From Dysgonamonadaceae bacterium (GTDB lineage: Bacteria; Bacteroidota; Bacteroidia; Bacteroidales; Azobacteroidaceae): DNA of 64,000 bases. Below the pieces are notes generated by a model. That model was not told the DNA's origin. It saw only the letters and a list, made by a program, of their open reading frames with translations, and ran no database searches. Of this stretch, positions 49,221 through 58,838 are shown piece after piece (within the stretch, counting starts at the first letter, position 1; each line of letters begins with the position of its first letter). The position numbers and the translations under genes are program-made. Where the stretch lies: contig JAISWH010000145.1 in the NCBI GenBank assembly GCA_031271125.1, forward strand, positions 1,900 through 65,899, in the 5' to 3' direction.

Positions 49221-50279
49221 ATGAGTGATAAACTAATAAAAGTAGGGATTAGTCAAGGCGATATCAACGGCATTTCTTACGAGTTGATAATTAAAACCTT
49301 TGAAGATGTCAGGATTTTCGAGTTTTGCATACCGGTGCTTTACGGCTCGTCCAAAGCATTGGCCTATCACCGGAAAGCGATGGAACTTCCTTTCGTCAGC
49401 GTCAATACGATTCATCATGCCGGGGAAGCCGGAATTAACCGATTGAATATCGTGAATTGCGGAAATGAAGAAATTGCAGTTAACTTTTCCAAAACAAATC
49501 CGGAATCCGAATCCATGACGATGCAGGCGATGCAAAGGGCATTGAGCGACCTCAAAGCCGGTTTGATTGATGTGCTGGTACTTGCGCCGTCCAATATAGA
49601 TGAAACCCAAATCCTGTCGGAACAATTGGGTCATGCACCATTGAAAATCTTGGTTCACAATAGTTTCCGGGTAGCCTTGGCGAGCGGTAAAGTTCCTTTG
49701 TCGAATGTCCTTTCCCTGTTGACAGTCGATTTGCTTGTTGATAAAATCAAGGCTTTGCACGCTTCCTTAATCCACGATTTTACGATTACGCTTCCACGTA
49801 TAGCGGTTTTATCTTTCAATCCGGGCATGGGTATTAAGGAGCGGAAAGAGGGTAGGGAAGAGACGGAAATCATTATTCCGGCAATAAAGGCGGCCAACGA
49901 AAGCCGGATTATTTGTTTCGGGCCGTATTCCGGCGACGAGTTTTTTGCTAATTGCGATTATGCTAAATTCGATGCGATTCTTGCCGTATATCATGATCAG
50001 GGCGTGACTCCGTTCCGCGGCATATCGGCCGATGAAGGAGTATGTTATTTTGCCGGTTTGCCTTTTGTGGCGACGGCTCCGGATCATGGCGCCTCCTACG
50101 ACAAAGCAGGCAGGAACGAAAGTTCCGAAGTGTCGTTCCGGAATGCAATCTACCTGGCAATCAATGTTTTTAAAACAAGAAAACTCAATAAAGGGATTTA
50201 TGCTAATCCATTGAAGAAACAATATTTTGAAAAAGGATCCGATAATGAGAAATTGGACTTGACAAAAGATGAGGAATAA
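49221..50279 (+). CDS. pdxA: PdxA-family protein with degenerate active site
   Basis: GISQGDINGI, PRIAVLSFNP, GPYSGD, YHDQG, PDHG retained; several catalytic His residues absent. Confidence 0.75.
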   Translation: MSDKLIKVGISQGDINGISYELIIKTFEDVRIFEFCIPVLYGSSKALAYHRKAMELPFVSVNTIHHAGEAGINRLNIVNCGNEEIAVNFSKTNPESESMTMQAMQRALSDLKAGLIDVLVLAPSNIDETQILSEQLGHAPLKILVHNSFRVALASGKVPLSNVLSLLTVDLLVDKIKALHASLIHDFTITLPRIAVLSFNPGMGIKERKEGREETEIIIPAIKAANESRIICFGPYSGDEFFANCDYAKFDAILAVYHDQGVTPFRGISADEGVCYFAGLPFVATAPDHGASYDKAGRNESSEVSFRNAIYLAINVFKTRKLNKGIYANPLKKQYFEKGSDNEKLDLTKDEE

Positions 50280-50291
50280 AAATTAATTAGA

Positions 50292-51845
50292 ATGAACTAC
50301 GCGATCATAGCAGCTGGGGAAGGTTCCCGTTTGATAAAAGAGGAAATCCAAATCCCCAAACCATTGGTTAGAATTCAGGGCATTACGTTGATAGATAGGC
50401 TTATAGCTATTTTTTTGAAAAATGGAGCTTCCTCCATTTCCGTCATTATCAATGAAAAAATGAAGGAGGTGCGGGAACATATCGAAAAAATAAATTTGGA
50501 TATACCGTTTAATATCGTGGTAAAATCGACGCCGGGTTCCATGCACAGTTTTTACGAATTAAGCAAATATTTGCAAACAGGAAAATTTTGTCTGACAACC
50601 GTCGATACGATTTTCAAAGAAGAAGAATTTTCAAATTTTATCCGCGTTTTTGAGCAAGATACCGAAAATGACGGCGTGATGGCTATTACTTCGTATATTG
50701 ATGATGAAAAACCGTTGTATATCTCTGTGGATGAGGACACAATGATGATAAAAGATTTTTTGGATAAGCCGGCCGGCGATGAGAAATATGTTTCCGGCGG
50801 AATTTACGGATTGACCCCAAAATCTCTCCCGACTTTATATAAATGCTTAGAAAACGGCATGTTGCGTATGCGAAATTATCAGCGCCAATTGATTGCCGAC
50901 GGGCTGAAACTGAAAGCCTTCCCATTTGATAAGATTGTGGATGTGGATCATGCGGAAGATGTCAAAAAGGCGGAAGATTTCCTGTGTGAACCGCTTAAAC
51001 TTCAAATCGTGGCTATACGCCGGGGGAATCAATATTCGCCTAATCATATCGGGAACGATGCCGCTATTTTCAATCTGGCGATTGATTATTTGCGGGAAAA
51101 GAATTGTGAGGTAACGGCTTACTCCGAGCAGGAATTTCAGGATGCTCATGTGGATACTCCCATCATTTTCAGTATGGCCAGGGATATCCGCACGATCTCG
51201 AAATTGCAGGAATTGGAAGCAGAAGGACGAAAAGTCATCAATTCGGGTTATGGGATAAGTAATTGTACACGGGTGAAAATGACTCAACTTTTGCTTGACA
51301 ACAAAATACCTTATCCGAAAAGCCTGATTGTTTCGACTAACGAGCCTTTGCCGGAATCGGCGCTCAAACTTGGCGATTTTTGTTGGGTGAAGCGTGGCGA
51401 TTCTCATGCGATTCATTATGAAGATGTTGCTTATACAAGAAACGGTAAGGAAGCCGAAAATATCCTCAGTGAATTTGCTTTGCGAGGCATTTTGTCTGCT
51501 GTTTTGAACGAACATCTGAAAGGGGATCTTATCAAGTTTTACGGTGTCAAAAACACGGATTTTTTTTACTGGTTTTATCCTAATGATTTGAATCACAGTA
51601 AATTCGGATTGGAAGCAATCAACGGAAAAGCAAAAGGAATACCTTTTGATTTGAAATATCTCAAGGAAATTTGCGCGAAAGCGGCGGAAATTTTAGATAT
51701 ATACATTTATGGCGGCGACTGCGTGGTCGACCAATCGGGTAATATTTTTATTATTGATTTTAACGATTGGCCGAGTTTTGCACCTTGCAGGTTGGACGCC
51801 GCACCTTATATAGCGCAATGTATTTATGAGTTTGCAACAAAATAA
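50292..51845 (+). CDS. Nucleotidyltransferase (IPCT/LicC-like) fused to a C-terminal ATP-grasp domain
   Basis: N-terminal IIAAGEGSRL...PKPL and DVDHAED; C-terminal VINS, IPYPKS, WVKRGD, NEHLKGDLIKFYGV, YGGDCVV..IIDFNDWPSF. Confidence 0.85.
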   Translation: MNYAIIAAGEGSRLIKEEIQIPKPLVRIQGITLIDRLIAIFLKNGASSISVIINEKMKEVREHIEKINLDIPFNIVVKSTPGSMHSFYELSKYLQTGKFCLTTVDTIFKEEEFSNFIRVFEQDTENDGVMAITSYIDDEKPLYISVDEDTMMIKDFLDKPAGDEKYVSGGIYGLTPKSLPTLYKCLENGMLRMRNYQRQLIADGLKLKAFPFDKIVDVDHAEDVKKAEDFLCEPLKLQIVAIRRGNQYSPNHIGNDAAIFNLAIDYLREKNCEVTAYSEQEFQDAHVDTPIIFSMARDIRTISKLQELEAEGRKVINSGYGISNCTRVKMTQLLLDNKIPYPKSLIVSTNEPLPESALKLGDFCWVKRGDSHAIHYEDVAYTRNGKEAENILSEFALRGILSAVLNEHLKGDLIKFYGVKNTDFFYWFYPNDLNHSKFGLEAINGKAKGIPFDLKYLKEICAKAAEILDIYIYGGDCVVDQSGNIFIIDFNDWPSFAPCRLDAAPYIAQCIYEFATK

Positions 51846-53421
51846 ACCGACATTAGAATCGACATTGAAATCTGTTGATACGGAGGAATTTATCGACATT
51901 CACTTTTACCGTCCGATTGGTTATCGCTGGGCTTTGCTTTTCGATCGTTTGGGCATAACGCCCAATCAGGTTACCATTGCATCCATTTTTATTGGAGTTG
52001 CAGCGGGCATTTGTTTTTTTTTCGATTCCTTTTGGATTAATCTTTTAGGCGTTTTCCTGTTGATTTGGGCTAATTCTTATGATAGCGCCGATGGGCAGTT
52101 GGCCCGGATGACCGGTCAAAAAACCGAATTAGGACGAATATTGGACGGCGCTTGCGGCGATTTTTGGTTTATTTCGATTTATTTCGCAATTATTTTTCGT
52201 TTGTGGCCGGTTTGGGGTTTTTGGATTCTTCCTTTAACGCTTATTGCCGCTTATTACCATAGCCGGCAGGCTGCGATGGCCGATTATTACCGGAATGTTT
52301 ATCTCCTGTTTTTAAAAGGTAAAAAGGGAAGCGAATGGGATAATTCTGTGGATTTGCGTAAGAAATACGCAGCAATCAGTTGGAAAAAGAAACCTTTGGT
52401 GAAATTATTCGAAAAAATCTACCTCATTTATACGGGTGAACAGGAAAGATTGACGCCTTATCTTCAGAAAATGAGGAAGATGATCGACGATAAATACAAT
52501 GGAGCAGCGCCGGAGCAGTTTCGGAAAGATTTTTTGAAAAAAACTTTCCCGCTGTTGAAATATACCAATATGCTTTCCTTCAATTTGCGTTCTATCGTTT
52601 TGTTTATCTGCGTACTTTCTAATTTTTCCTGGGTCTATCTTGTATTTGAAATTACCGTTTTGAATATCATGTTTATATATATGGTGTCGAAACATGAGAA
52701 AATTTGTAAATATAACGGTTTATCGGTTAAAGGAATTATTTTCGATTATGGCGCGACGATCGACAGTAACGGGAAACATTGGGCGGAAGTGCTTTGGGAT
52801 GCTTACGTTGCGACCGGCGTACCGGTAAGCAAGCCGCAATTCAAGGACGCTTATGTGTATGGCGAACGGTATTTGGCCCTGCATCCGGTGATTCTTCCGG
52901 ACGATAATTTCAAAAATGTTCTTTTGAAGAAGACCGAATTACAGTTGCAATGGTTAAAAGACGAGGGATTTTTGCCTGCAAATTATAATTCTTTGGAATA
53001 TTCGTTTGCTATTTCAAATCAATGTTATAACTTTGTCCTTGCTGTTTTAAATAACGCGCGACCAGTTTTGGAAAAATTGGTTGTCCAATATCCTTTGGCA
53101 TTGGTTTCTAATTTTTACGGAAATATAGAAACTGTTTTGAAAGATTTTGGAATACGGAGTTATTTTGGAGAAGTCATCGAATCGTCGGTTGTGGGTATTC
53201 GCAAGCCCGATCCTGCTATCTTTGCTTTAGGTGTGAAGCGTTTGGGACTGAAACCGGAAGAAGTAGCGGTGATTGGCGATTCGTATAAAAAGGATATTTT
53301 TCCTGCAGAGCAAATCGGTTGCCGGACAATTTGGCTGAAAGGCGCTGGTTGGGACGGTGACGAGCAGGGAACGGCGGACTTTATTATTACGGATTTCAGA
53401 GAGCTGAAAACGCTGTTGTGA
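51826..53421 (+). CDS. CDP-alcohol phosphatidyltransferase fused to a HAD phosphatase
   Basis: ITPNQVT, DSADGQLAR...G.ILD; C-terminal IFDYGATID, LVSN, KPDP.IF, IGDS..KDI..A..IG. Confidence 0.9.
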   Translation: MSLQQNKPTLESTLKSVDTEEFIDIHFYRPIGYRWALLFDRLGITPNQVTIASIFIGVAAGICFFFDSFWINLLGVFLLIWANSYDSADGQLARMTGQKTELGRILDGACGDFWFISIYFAIIFRLWPVWGFWILPLTLIAAYYHSRQAAMADYYRNVYLLFLKGKKGSEWDNSVDLRKKYAAISWKKKPLVKLFEKIYLIYTGEQERLTPYLQKMRKMIDDKYNGAAPEQFRKDFLKKTFPLLKYTNMLSFNLRSIVLFICVLSNFSWVYLVFEITVLNIMFIYMVSKHEKICKYNGLSVKGIIFDYGATIDSNGKHWAEVLWDAYVATGVPVSKPQFKDAYVYGERYLALHPVILPDDNFKNVLLKKTELQLQWLKDEGFLPANYNSLEYSFAISNQCYNFVLAVLNNARPVLEKLVVQYPLALVSNFYGNIETVLKDFGIRSYFGEVIESSVVGIRKPDPAIFALGVKRLGLKPEEVAVIGDSYKKDIFPAEQIGCRTIWLKGAGWDGDEQGTADFIITDFRELKTLL

Positions 53422-53499
53422 TGAAGGTTTGCTGTAGAAATAAACGGTGATTGATATTTTTTCAACCACATTAAATTAATTATTAAAAATGTAATAGTT

Positions 53500-54798
53500 A
53501 TGGAAAAAATGCAAGTAAAGGATGTTAAAGGTAAACTTGGCGTTCTTGTAATTGGAGTTGGTGGTGCGGTGGCAACAACCTTTATTGCGGGTACAATGAT
53601 TGTCCGCAAGGGTTTAGGGATTCCTGTCGGTTCGATTACCCAATTGGCAACCATTCGTTTGGGAAAGAGGGAAGAAAACAGGTTTCCCAAGATTAAAGAC
53701 GTAGCGCCTTTAGCAGATTTGAATGATATTGTTTTCGGAGGTTGGGATCTTTTTGAAGAAAATGCTTATGAAGCGGCTCGTCATGCGGAAGTTCTGACCA
53801 ACGAAGATTTGGACAAGGTAAAAGACGAATTGCAATCCGTCCATCCGATGAAAGCGGTTTTCGACCAGAATTTCGTAAAACGTTTGCATGGCACCTGGGT
53901 GAAAGAAGCTCCGACAAAATGGGATTTGAAAGAAGCTGTTCGTAAGGATATTCAAGAATTTAAATCAAAAAACGGTTTAGACAGAGTCGTTTGCATCTGG
54001 TGTGGAAGTACTGAAGTGTTTACTCCGATAAGCGCTGTACACGAATCCTTACCGGCTTTGCAAAAAGCGATGAAAGAAAACAGTCCCGAAATTGCACCTT
54101 CGATGATTTATGCTTACGCCGCTATTGAAGAAGGTATTCCGTATATCAACGGCGCACCGAATTTGACGGTCGATATGCCTGCAATTTGGGATTTTGCCGC
54201 ACAAAAACAAGTTCCGATTTGCGGTAAGGATTTCAAAACCGGTCAAACGATGTTGAAAACTGTACTTTCGCCGATGTTGAAGACCCGTATGTTGGGGCTA
54301 AACGGTTGGTTCTCTACCAATATTCTCGGCAATCGCGACGGTGAAGTGCTGGATGATCCGGGATCTTTCAAAACAAAAGAAGAATCGAAACTTTCGGTTA
54401 TTCATAATATTTTGCAACCGGATCTTTATCCGCAGTTGTACGGAGAAGTTTATCACAAAGTCCGGATTAACTATTATCCTCCTCGCAAAGACAATAAGGA
54501 AGGTTGGGATAACATCGACATTTTCGGATGGTTGGGTTATCCGATGCAGCTGAAAGTTGATTTCCTTTGCCGAGATTCTATCTTGGCGGCCCCGCTTTGT
54601 TTAGACTTGGTATTGTTTGCCGATTTGTCTAAGCGTGTGGGTTTCAGCGGAATACAATCCTGGTTGTCGTTCTATTTCAAAAGTCCAATGCACGATTATG
54701 ATCATATTGCCGAACACGATTTGTTTATTCAATATGTGAAGTTGAAAAATACTTTGCGTCAGATTATTGGTGAGGAGACGCTGGATTTTATCGATTAG
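53500..54798 (+). CDS. ino1: myo-inositol-3-phosphate synthase (MIPS)
   Basis: GVGGAVATT, WCGSTE, INGAP, GKDFKTGQT, STNILGNRDG, CRDSILAAPL, SFYFKSP. Confidence 0.96.
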   Translation: MEKMQVKDVKGKLGVLVIGVGGAVATTFIAGTMIVRKGLGIPVGSITQLATIRLGKREENRFPKIKDVAPLADLNDIVFGGWDLFEENAYEAARHAEVLTNEDLDKVKDELQSVHPMKAVFDQNFVKRLHGTWVKEAPTKWDLKEAVRKDIQEFKSKNGLDRVVCIWCGSTEVFTPISAVHESLPALQKAMKENSPEIAPSMIYAYAAIEEGIPYINGAPNLTVDMPAIWDFAAQKQVPICGKDFKTGQTMLKTVLSPMLKTRMLGLNGWFSTNILGNRDGEVLDDPGSFKTKEESKLSVIHNILQPDLYPQLYGEVYHKVRINYYPPRKDNKEGWDNIDIFGWLGYPMQLKVDFLCRDSILAAPLCLDLVLFADLSKRVGFSGIQSWLSFYFKSPMHDYDHIAEHDLFIQYVKLKNTLRQIIGEETLDFID

Positions 54799-54808
54799 GA
54801 TATTAAAA

Positions 54809-55630
54809 GTGAAAGAAAAATTAATTGATTTACAAACATTACAAAATTTTTCCCCAATCTTTAAAAAGCCATACGGTTCACTTTTGGCGAAACTTGCAAT
54901 AAAGTTTTGCGGTTTTGACAAAGTGAACCGCGTCTATGATTCGGGTAAGTATAAAACGGGAACGGCTATTGAAGATGCGATGATAGATGGACTGGGTATT
55001 ACCCGCAAAGTCCATAATATTGATATACTTAAACAGTTTAACGGAAAACCTTTTATTACGGTATCGAACCATCCTTACGGTCATATCGACGGGATTATGC
55101 TTATCGGAGAAATAGCAAAAATTCGTCCGGATTACAGGGTGATGGTGAATTGGATGCTGAACATGGTCGATATAATGCAGGATCATTTTATAGGAGTAAA
55201 TCCTTACGATCAGGATACTGTAAACCGGTCAAGTCTGTCGGGAGTGAAAGAATGTCTGGCGCAGGTGAAGGCAAACCATCCGCTGGGTTTTTTCCCGGCT
55301 GGGGCTGTGTCGAAAAATATCGGGGAAAACAAGGTGAAAGACAGAGAGTGGCAAGAGAGTGTGATTAAACTCATCCAAAAGGCGAATGTTCCGATTATTC
55401 CGGCTTATTTTTCCGGGCAAAATTCGTATTTTTTTAATTTGCTTGATAAAATTGATTGGCGGGTGCGAACCCTTCGATTGTGCCACGAGTTGGATACTAA
55501 AAAAGGTAAAACGGTTCACCTTGTTTTTGGGGAGCCGATTATGCCGGAAACGCAAAAACAATTTACCGGTACCTTGCAGTTGGGTGAATTTTTAAAAGAA
55601 AGTACTTATCAATTGGCGGCGGTTTATTAA
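54809..55630 (+). CDS. PlsC-superfamily (lyso-lipid) acyltransferase
   Basis: VSNHPYGHIDG (HxxxxD), FFPAGAVS, IIPAYFSGQNS; GTG start at 54809. Confidence 0.85.
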   Translation: MKEKLIDLQTLQNFSPIFKKPYGSLLAKLAIKFCGFDKVNRVYDSGKYKTGTAIEDAMIDGLGITRKVHNIDILKQFNGKPFITVSNHPYGHIDGIMLIGEIAKIRPDYRVMVNWMLNMVDIMQDHFIGVNPYDQDTVNRSSLSGVKECLAQVKANHPLGFFPAGAVSKNIGENKVKDREWQESVIKLIQKANVPIIPAYFSGQNSYFFNLLDKIDWRVRTLRLCHELDTKKGKTVHLVFGEPIMPETQKQFTGTLQLGEFLKESTYQLAAVY

Positions 55631-55644
55631 ACTTAACATTAGTA

Positions 55645-57336
55645 TTAAGGTATATAGATCGCAAACAAATCATTCTCCCAAGCAACTTTATATTGATTAT
55701 CTCGAAGAAACGCTTCAAAGTATTCAATACGCTTCGGATCATAAAGATACGAATACGAACCGGAATTTTTATCCGCCGGAATGGGAACAGTCCAATTACC
55801 TCCTATCGGCTGGCATTTTTGCTTCAAAACAACAGGTAAAGGAGTAGTTGCAATTGCTTGATCCAGATGTTTTTTAATATTTTCGGGTGTATAGCACCAC
55901 GCCCAGGAAGTACCGATATATGGCTTTGTTTCCGTTAAATAATGAATCATCGGCAATGATTCGATACATAACAAATAATCGTCTTTTTTGACATAATTGT
56001 TGAGAGAGGACTGCAGCTCATTGATTGCATTCGCTTTATCTTTGGTCGTAAATACGGTGAATTTACTGTTTCCTGCTCTATAGCGCTTTTCAAACCGGTT
56101 CCCGTCATCATTATACGCTCGATGAGAAGTATAACACAAACCAACAACGAAATATAAAACACATAAAGCCCTGAAAAAAGTACGGGAAGAATCATTCTGC
56201 TTGGATGCTATCTGATAATGGATGTATCTGATAACATGAATCGCAGAAACAAAAGTTCCCAACCAGATGCAATTTACTCCCATATTTCTAATTCCCAAAT
56301 CACTACCCAACGGGAGCAAAAACATAATTAGTAAGGACGCAAGATTAAGCAATATGAGTGATTTATTAGCCCTGTCGGCAAAACAGGAAATTAGTATCGG
56401 AAACAATATCAAGGAATAATATTTCTCATTATTCAAATCAAAAATTCCAATAAAAACAAAAAATACAGCCAAATAGGAAATAATCGAAAACAATCGAAGC
56501 AGGTTATTTTTCGACAAATTATAAACGTACAGGAAAAAGAATGTAGTAAAGACAAAAATCGAAAGATAGGTATAAACATTTTTGTAGTTACCGACGTATG
56601 CCTTTATAAGAGAAAAAATATTATGACTGCCGCTACCGGTTCCCGCATCCAATAAATTATTCAGAACCGACTGACGGAAAATTTCCAAATGTCCGCATAA
56701 AAACATAATAATCAGGACCAACAAAATACCGGAAATCAATCCCATGAAACTATACACCGTATTTATCCATAACCGGGACCTGTTTTTTTCATAATAATAA
56801 TCGACAAATATTAACAAACCCAAGCCAATCATAGTAACATTGGGTATTCTTGTAAAAATATTAACCCCGCAGAAAAAAGCGCCCCAGAACAACGGTCGGT
56901 AATTATTTTCAGCGTTTAAACTTTTCAATATAAAATAAACAGAGATGGCTACCAGCAAGGCTGTTAACTGATTATGGTGAAAACCCATTATTCCGAAATG
57001 TAGCATGATTGCAAAAAGCGCAATAAATATTACATACTGGGGCTGAATATATTTCCTTACGGTCGAATAAGTAATATAAACGGTAAATAAACAAACGATT
57101 ATGGCCAAAATCCTGAATGATAAAATGCCGCCGAAACCAAATAAGATATTCCATACTCCGCCAACCAGAGAGGGCAAATAATATAAAAATTGGTATTCTA
57201 CCGTTTCCGGCGCTCGAAAGATTTGTTGATAAAAAGTCAAAACAAATCCCTCATCACATAAATCGAATCCTTGTAATGCTAAAATAAATTCATAAACAAA
57301 CAGGATTCCGAAAGTTAACATCAAGTGCTTTTTCAT
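55645..57336 (-). CDS. Multi-TM GT-C-like membrane protein (polysaccharide locus)
   Basis: GFDLCDEG acidic motif after TM1, many TM helices, soluble C-terminal domain. Confidence 0.6.
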   Translation of the reverse strand: MKKHLMLTFGILFVYEFILALQGFDLCDEGFVLTFYQQIFRAPETVEYQFLYYLPSLVGGVWNILFGFGGILSFRILAIIVCLFTVYITYSTVRKYIQPQYVIFIALFAIMLHFGIMGFHHNQLTALLVAISVYFILKSLNAENNYRPLFWGAFFCGVNIFTRIPNVTMIGLGLLIFVDYYYEKNRSRLWINTVYSFMGLISGILLVLIIMFLCGHLEIFRQSVLNNLLDAGTGSGSHNIFSLIKAYVGNYKNVYTYLSIFVFTTFFFLYVYNLSKNNLLRLFSIISYLAVFFVFIGIFDLNNEKYYSLILFPILISCFADRANKSLILLNLASLLIMFLLPLGSDLGIRNMGVNCIWLGTFVSAIHVIRYIHYQIASKQNDSSRTFFRALCVLYFVVGLCYTSHRAYNDDGNRFEKRYRAGNSKFTVFTTKDKANAINELQSSLNNYVKKDDYLLCIESLPMIHYLTETKPYIGTSWAWCYTPENIKKHLDQAIATTPLPVVLKQKCQPIGGNWTVPIPADKNSGSYSYLYDPKRIEYFEAFLRDNQYKVAWENDLFAIYIP

Positions 57337-57338
57337 CT

Positions 57339-58838
57339 TTATTTTTTCATTATTTTATTTCGAATAATTCCTTTTAAATCAATCCGCTCATTCAGTTTTC
57401 TTATCGAATAAACCAGGGAAATAACAAACAATACCGTTCCTCCGGCATACGCAAAAGGATAACTTTTCTGGTAGACAATAAGGAAACACACCATACACAT
57501 GATAAACTGAACCACAAACAGCTTATTAAATTCTTTCCCGAAAACAAATCCATATTTTTTCCATGCTATAATCGACATCATTATAAAATACACCAAATAA
57601 AGCGCTACAAAAGCAATGCCCATGCCTTCCAAGCCAAACAGTAAATATCCGCCGATACTCAGACCTAAAAACAATAAGTTGGATGTTGTTTCCGTCCAGA
57701 AAAAGACACCTTTATCGCCTTTGGCCAATATGATAAAACTCAATGTCCACGAGGCAGCCCGAAACAACATTCCCAATATAAACCAACGGATAAAATCAAC
57801 AACCGGCAAGAATTCAGAGGTATTCAAAACTTTTACGATAAACGGAAGAAATGAAGTGTATAATATCATCAATGGAGCTATAATTAATATCGCAATTTCC
57901 AATTGCTGATTGACCGCCTCGTCCATTTTTTCCTTGTCGGATTGCAAACCGACCAGACGTGGAAAATAATCAACCGAAATGGCGGTAAAAACTAATCCTA
58001 CATACCGGTAAGTCATATTCGATCCGACAGTGTATAATCCGACTTCGGATTTATCCGAATAGAGATTGAGAAACAAAACAATCAGATAAGAAACTAACAT
58101 TCCTATCAAATTACTGACAGAGAGCAACAAACCCAATCGAGCCATATCTATTCCGTCGTAAAACGATTGCCGGTATGATATTCGAACGGATGCGATTTTT
58201 ACTTTTTTTGAATAATACCAGGAAAAGAACAAATTGACGATGGAAACAACGATTAATCCGGGGACAATCCCTTTAATTCCATAAAAATAGTACAAAGGTA
58301 TAGTCAGAATTAAACTGAAAAAAGAACTGAACAGACCGGTTTTTGCCGTATCTTTCAATCTTCGGGTGCCCCTGAGTATAGCCGTTTGACCTCCGCTGAC
58401 GGCCATAAAAAGCAAAATCACGGAAAGAAAGATAAAATCTTTATAATCACCGGAATAATCATTGCCGAAATCCGCTTTATTAAAAGTCAACTTATACAGT
58501 AATGGCGAAAAGAATATGACAACCAACGTACCTGCAATTCCTGTCAGCCAGGCCCACCGCTTGACGGTAACCATAGCTCTGCTGATTTTTTTCTCATCAT
58601 TTTCTCCTTGTACCGCTGCAATATTACGGACTCCTGCAAAATTGATTCCTAAGCCGGTAGCCATACCGATCAGATTTAAAGGTTGCTGCATCAAGTTGTT
58701 CAAACCAACCCCCACAGTACCCAATAATTCGGCAAGAACTTTGGACCGAACCAAACCGATTATGATGTCGAAAAATTGTACGCCACCGAAAAGACTAAAT
58801 GATTTAACGACTTGCCTATATGAACTTTTTGTATCCAA
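57339..58838 (-). CDS. wzx: Wzx O-antigen flippase
   Basis: KSFSLFGGVQ, RSK..AELLG..GVG, EVGLY, DYFPRL; 12-14 TM helices. Confidence 0.88.
   Translation of the reverse strand: MDTKSSYRQVVKSFSLFGGVQFFDIIIGLVRSKVLAELLGTVGVGLNNLMQQPLNLIGMATGLGINFAGVRNIAAVQGENDEKKISRAMVTVKRWAWLTGIAGTLVVIFFSPLLYKLTFNKADFGNDYSGDYKDFIFLSVILLFMAVSGGQTAILRGTRRLKDTAKTGLFSSFFSLILTIPLYYFYGIKGIVPGLIVVSIVNLFFSWYYSKKVKIASVRISYRQSFYDGIDMARLGLLLSVSNLIGMLVSYLIVLFLNLYSDKSEVGLYTVGSNMTYRYVGLVFTAISVDYFPRLVGLQSDKEKMDEAVNQQLEIAILIIAPLMILYTSFLPFIVKVLNTSEFLPVVDFIRWFILGMLFRAASWTLSFIILAKGDKGVFFWTETTSNLLFLGLSIGGYLLFGLEGMGIAFVALYLVYFIMMSIIAWKKYGFVFGKEFNKLFVVQFIMCMVCFLIVYQKSYPFAYAGGTVLFVISLVYSIRKLNERIDLKGIIRNKIMKK

Noticed and set aside
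1388-54808. Longest-ORF start positions for sufC, zupT, ftsK, thiS, iorB, the DUF4294 gene, pmbA, the DUF1573 gene, pdxA and the acyltransferase
   Set aside because: The extensions overlap promoter boxes, repeats or upstream genes; downstream ATG/GTG starts fit the family N-termini better.
45650-55630. Apparent shift to G/T-rich plus strand after sprA, suggesting a replication origin
   Set aside because: Spot checks show the skew reverses again in the minus-strand genes after 55.6 kb, so it follows gene orientation and codon usage. I saw no DnaA-box cluster.
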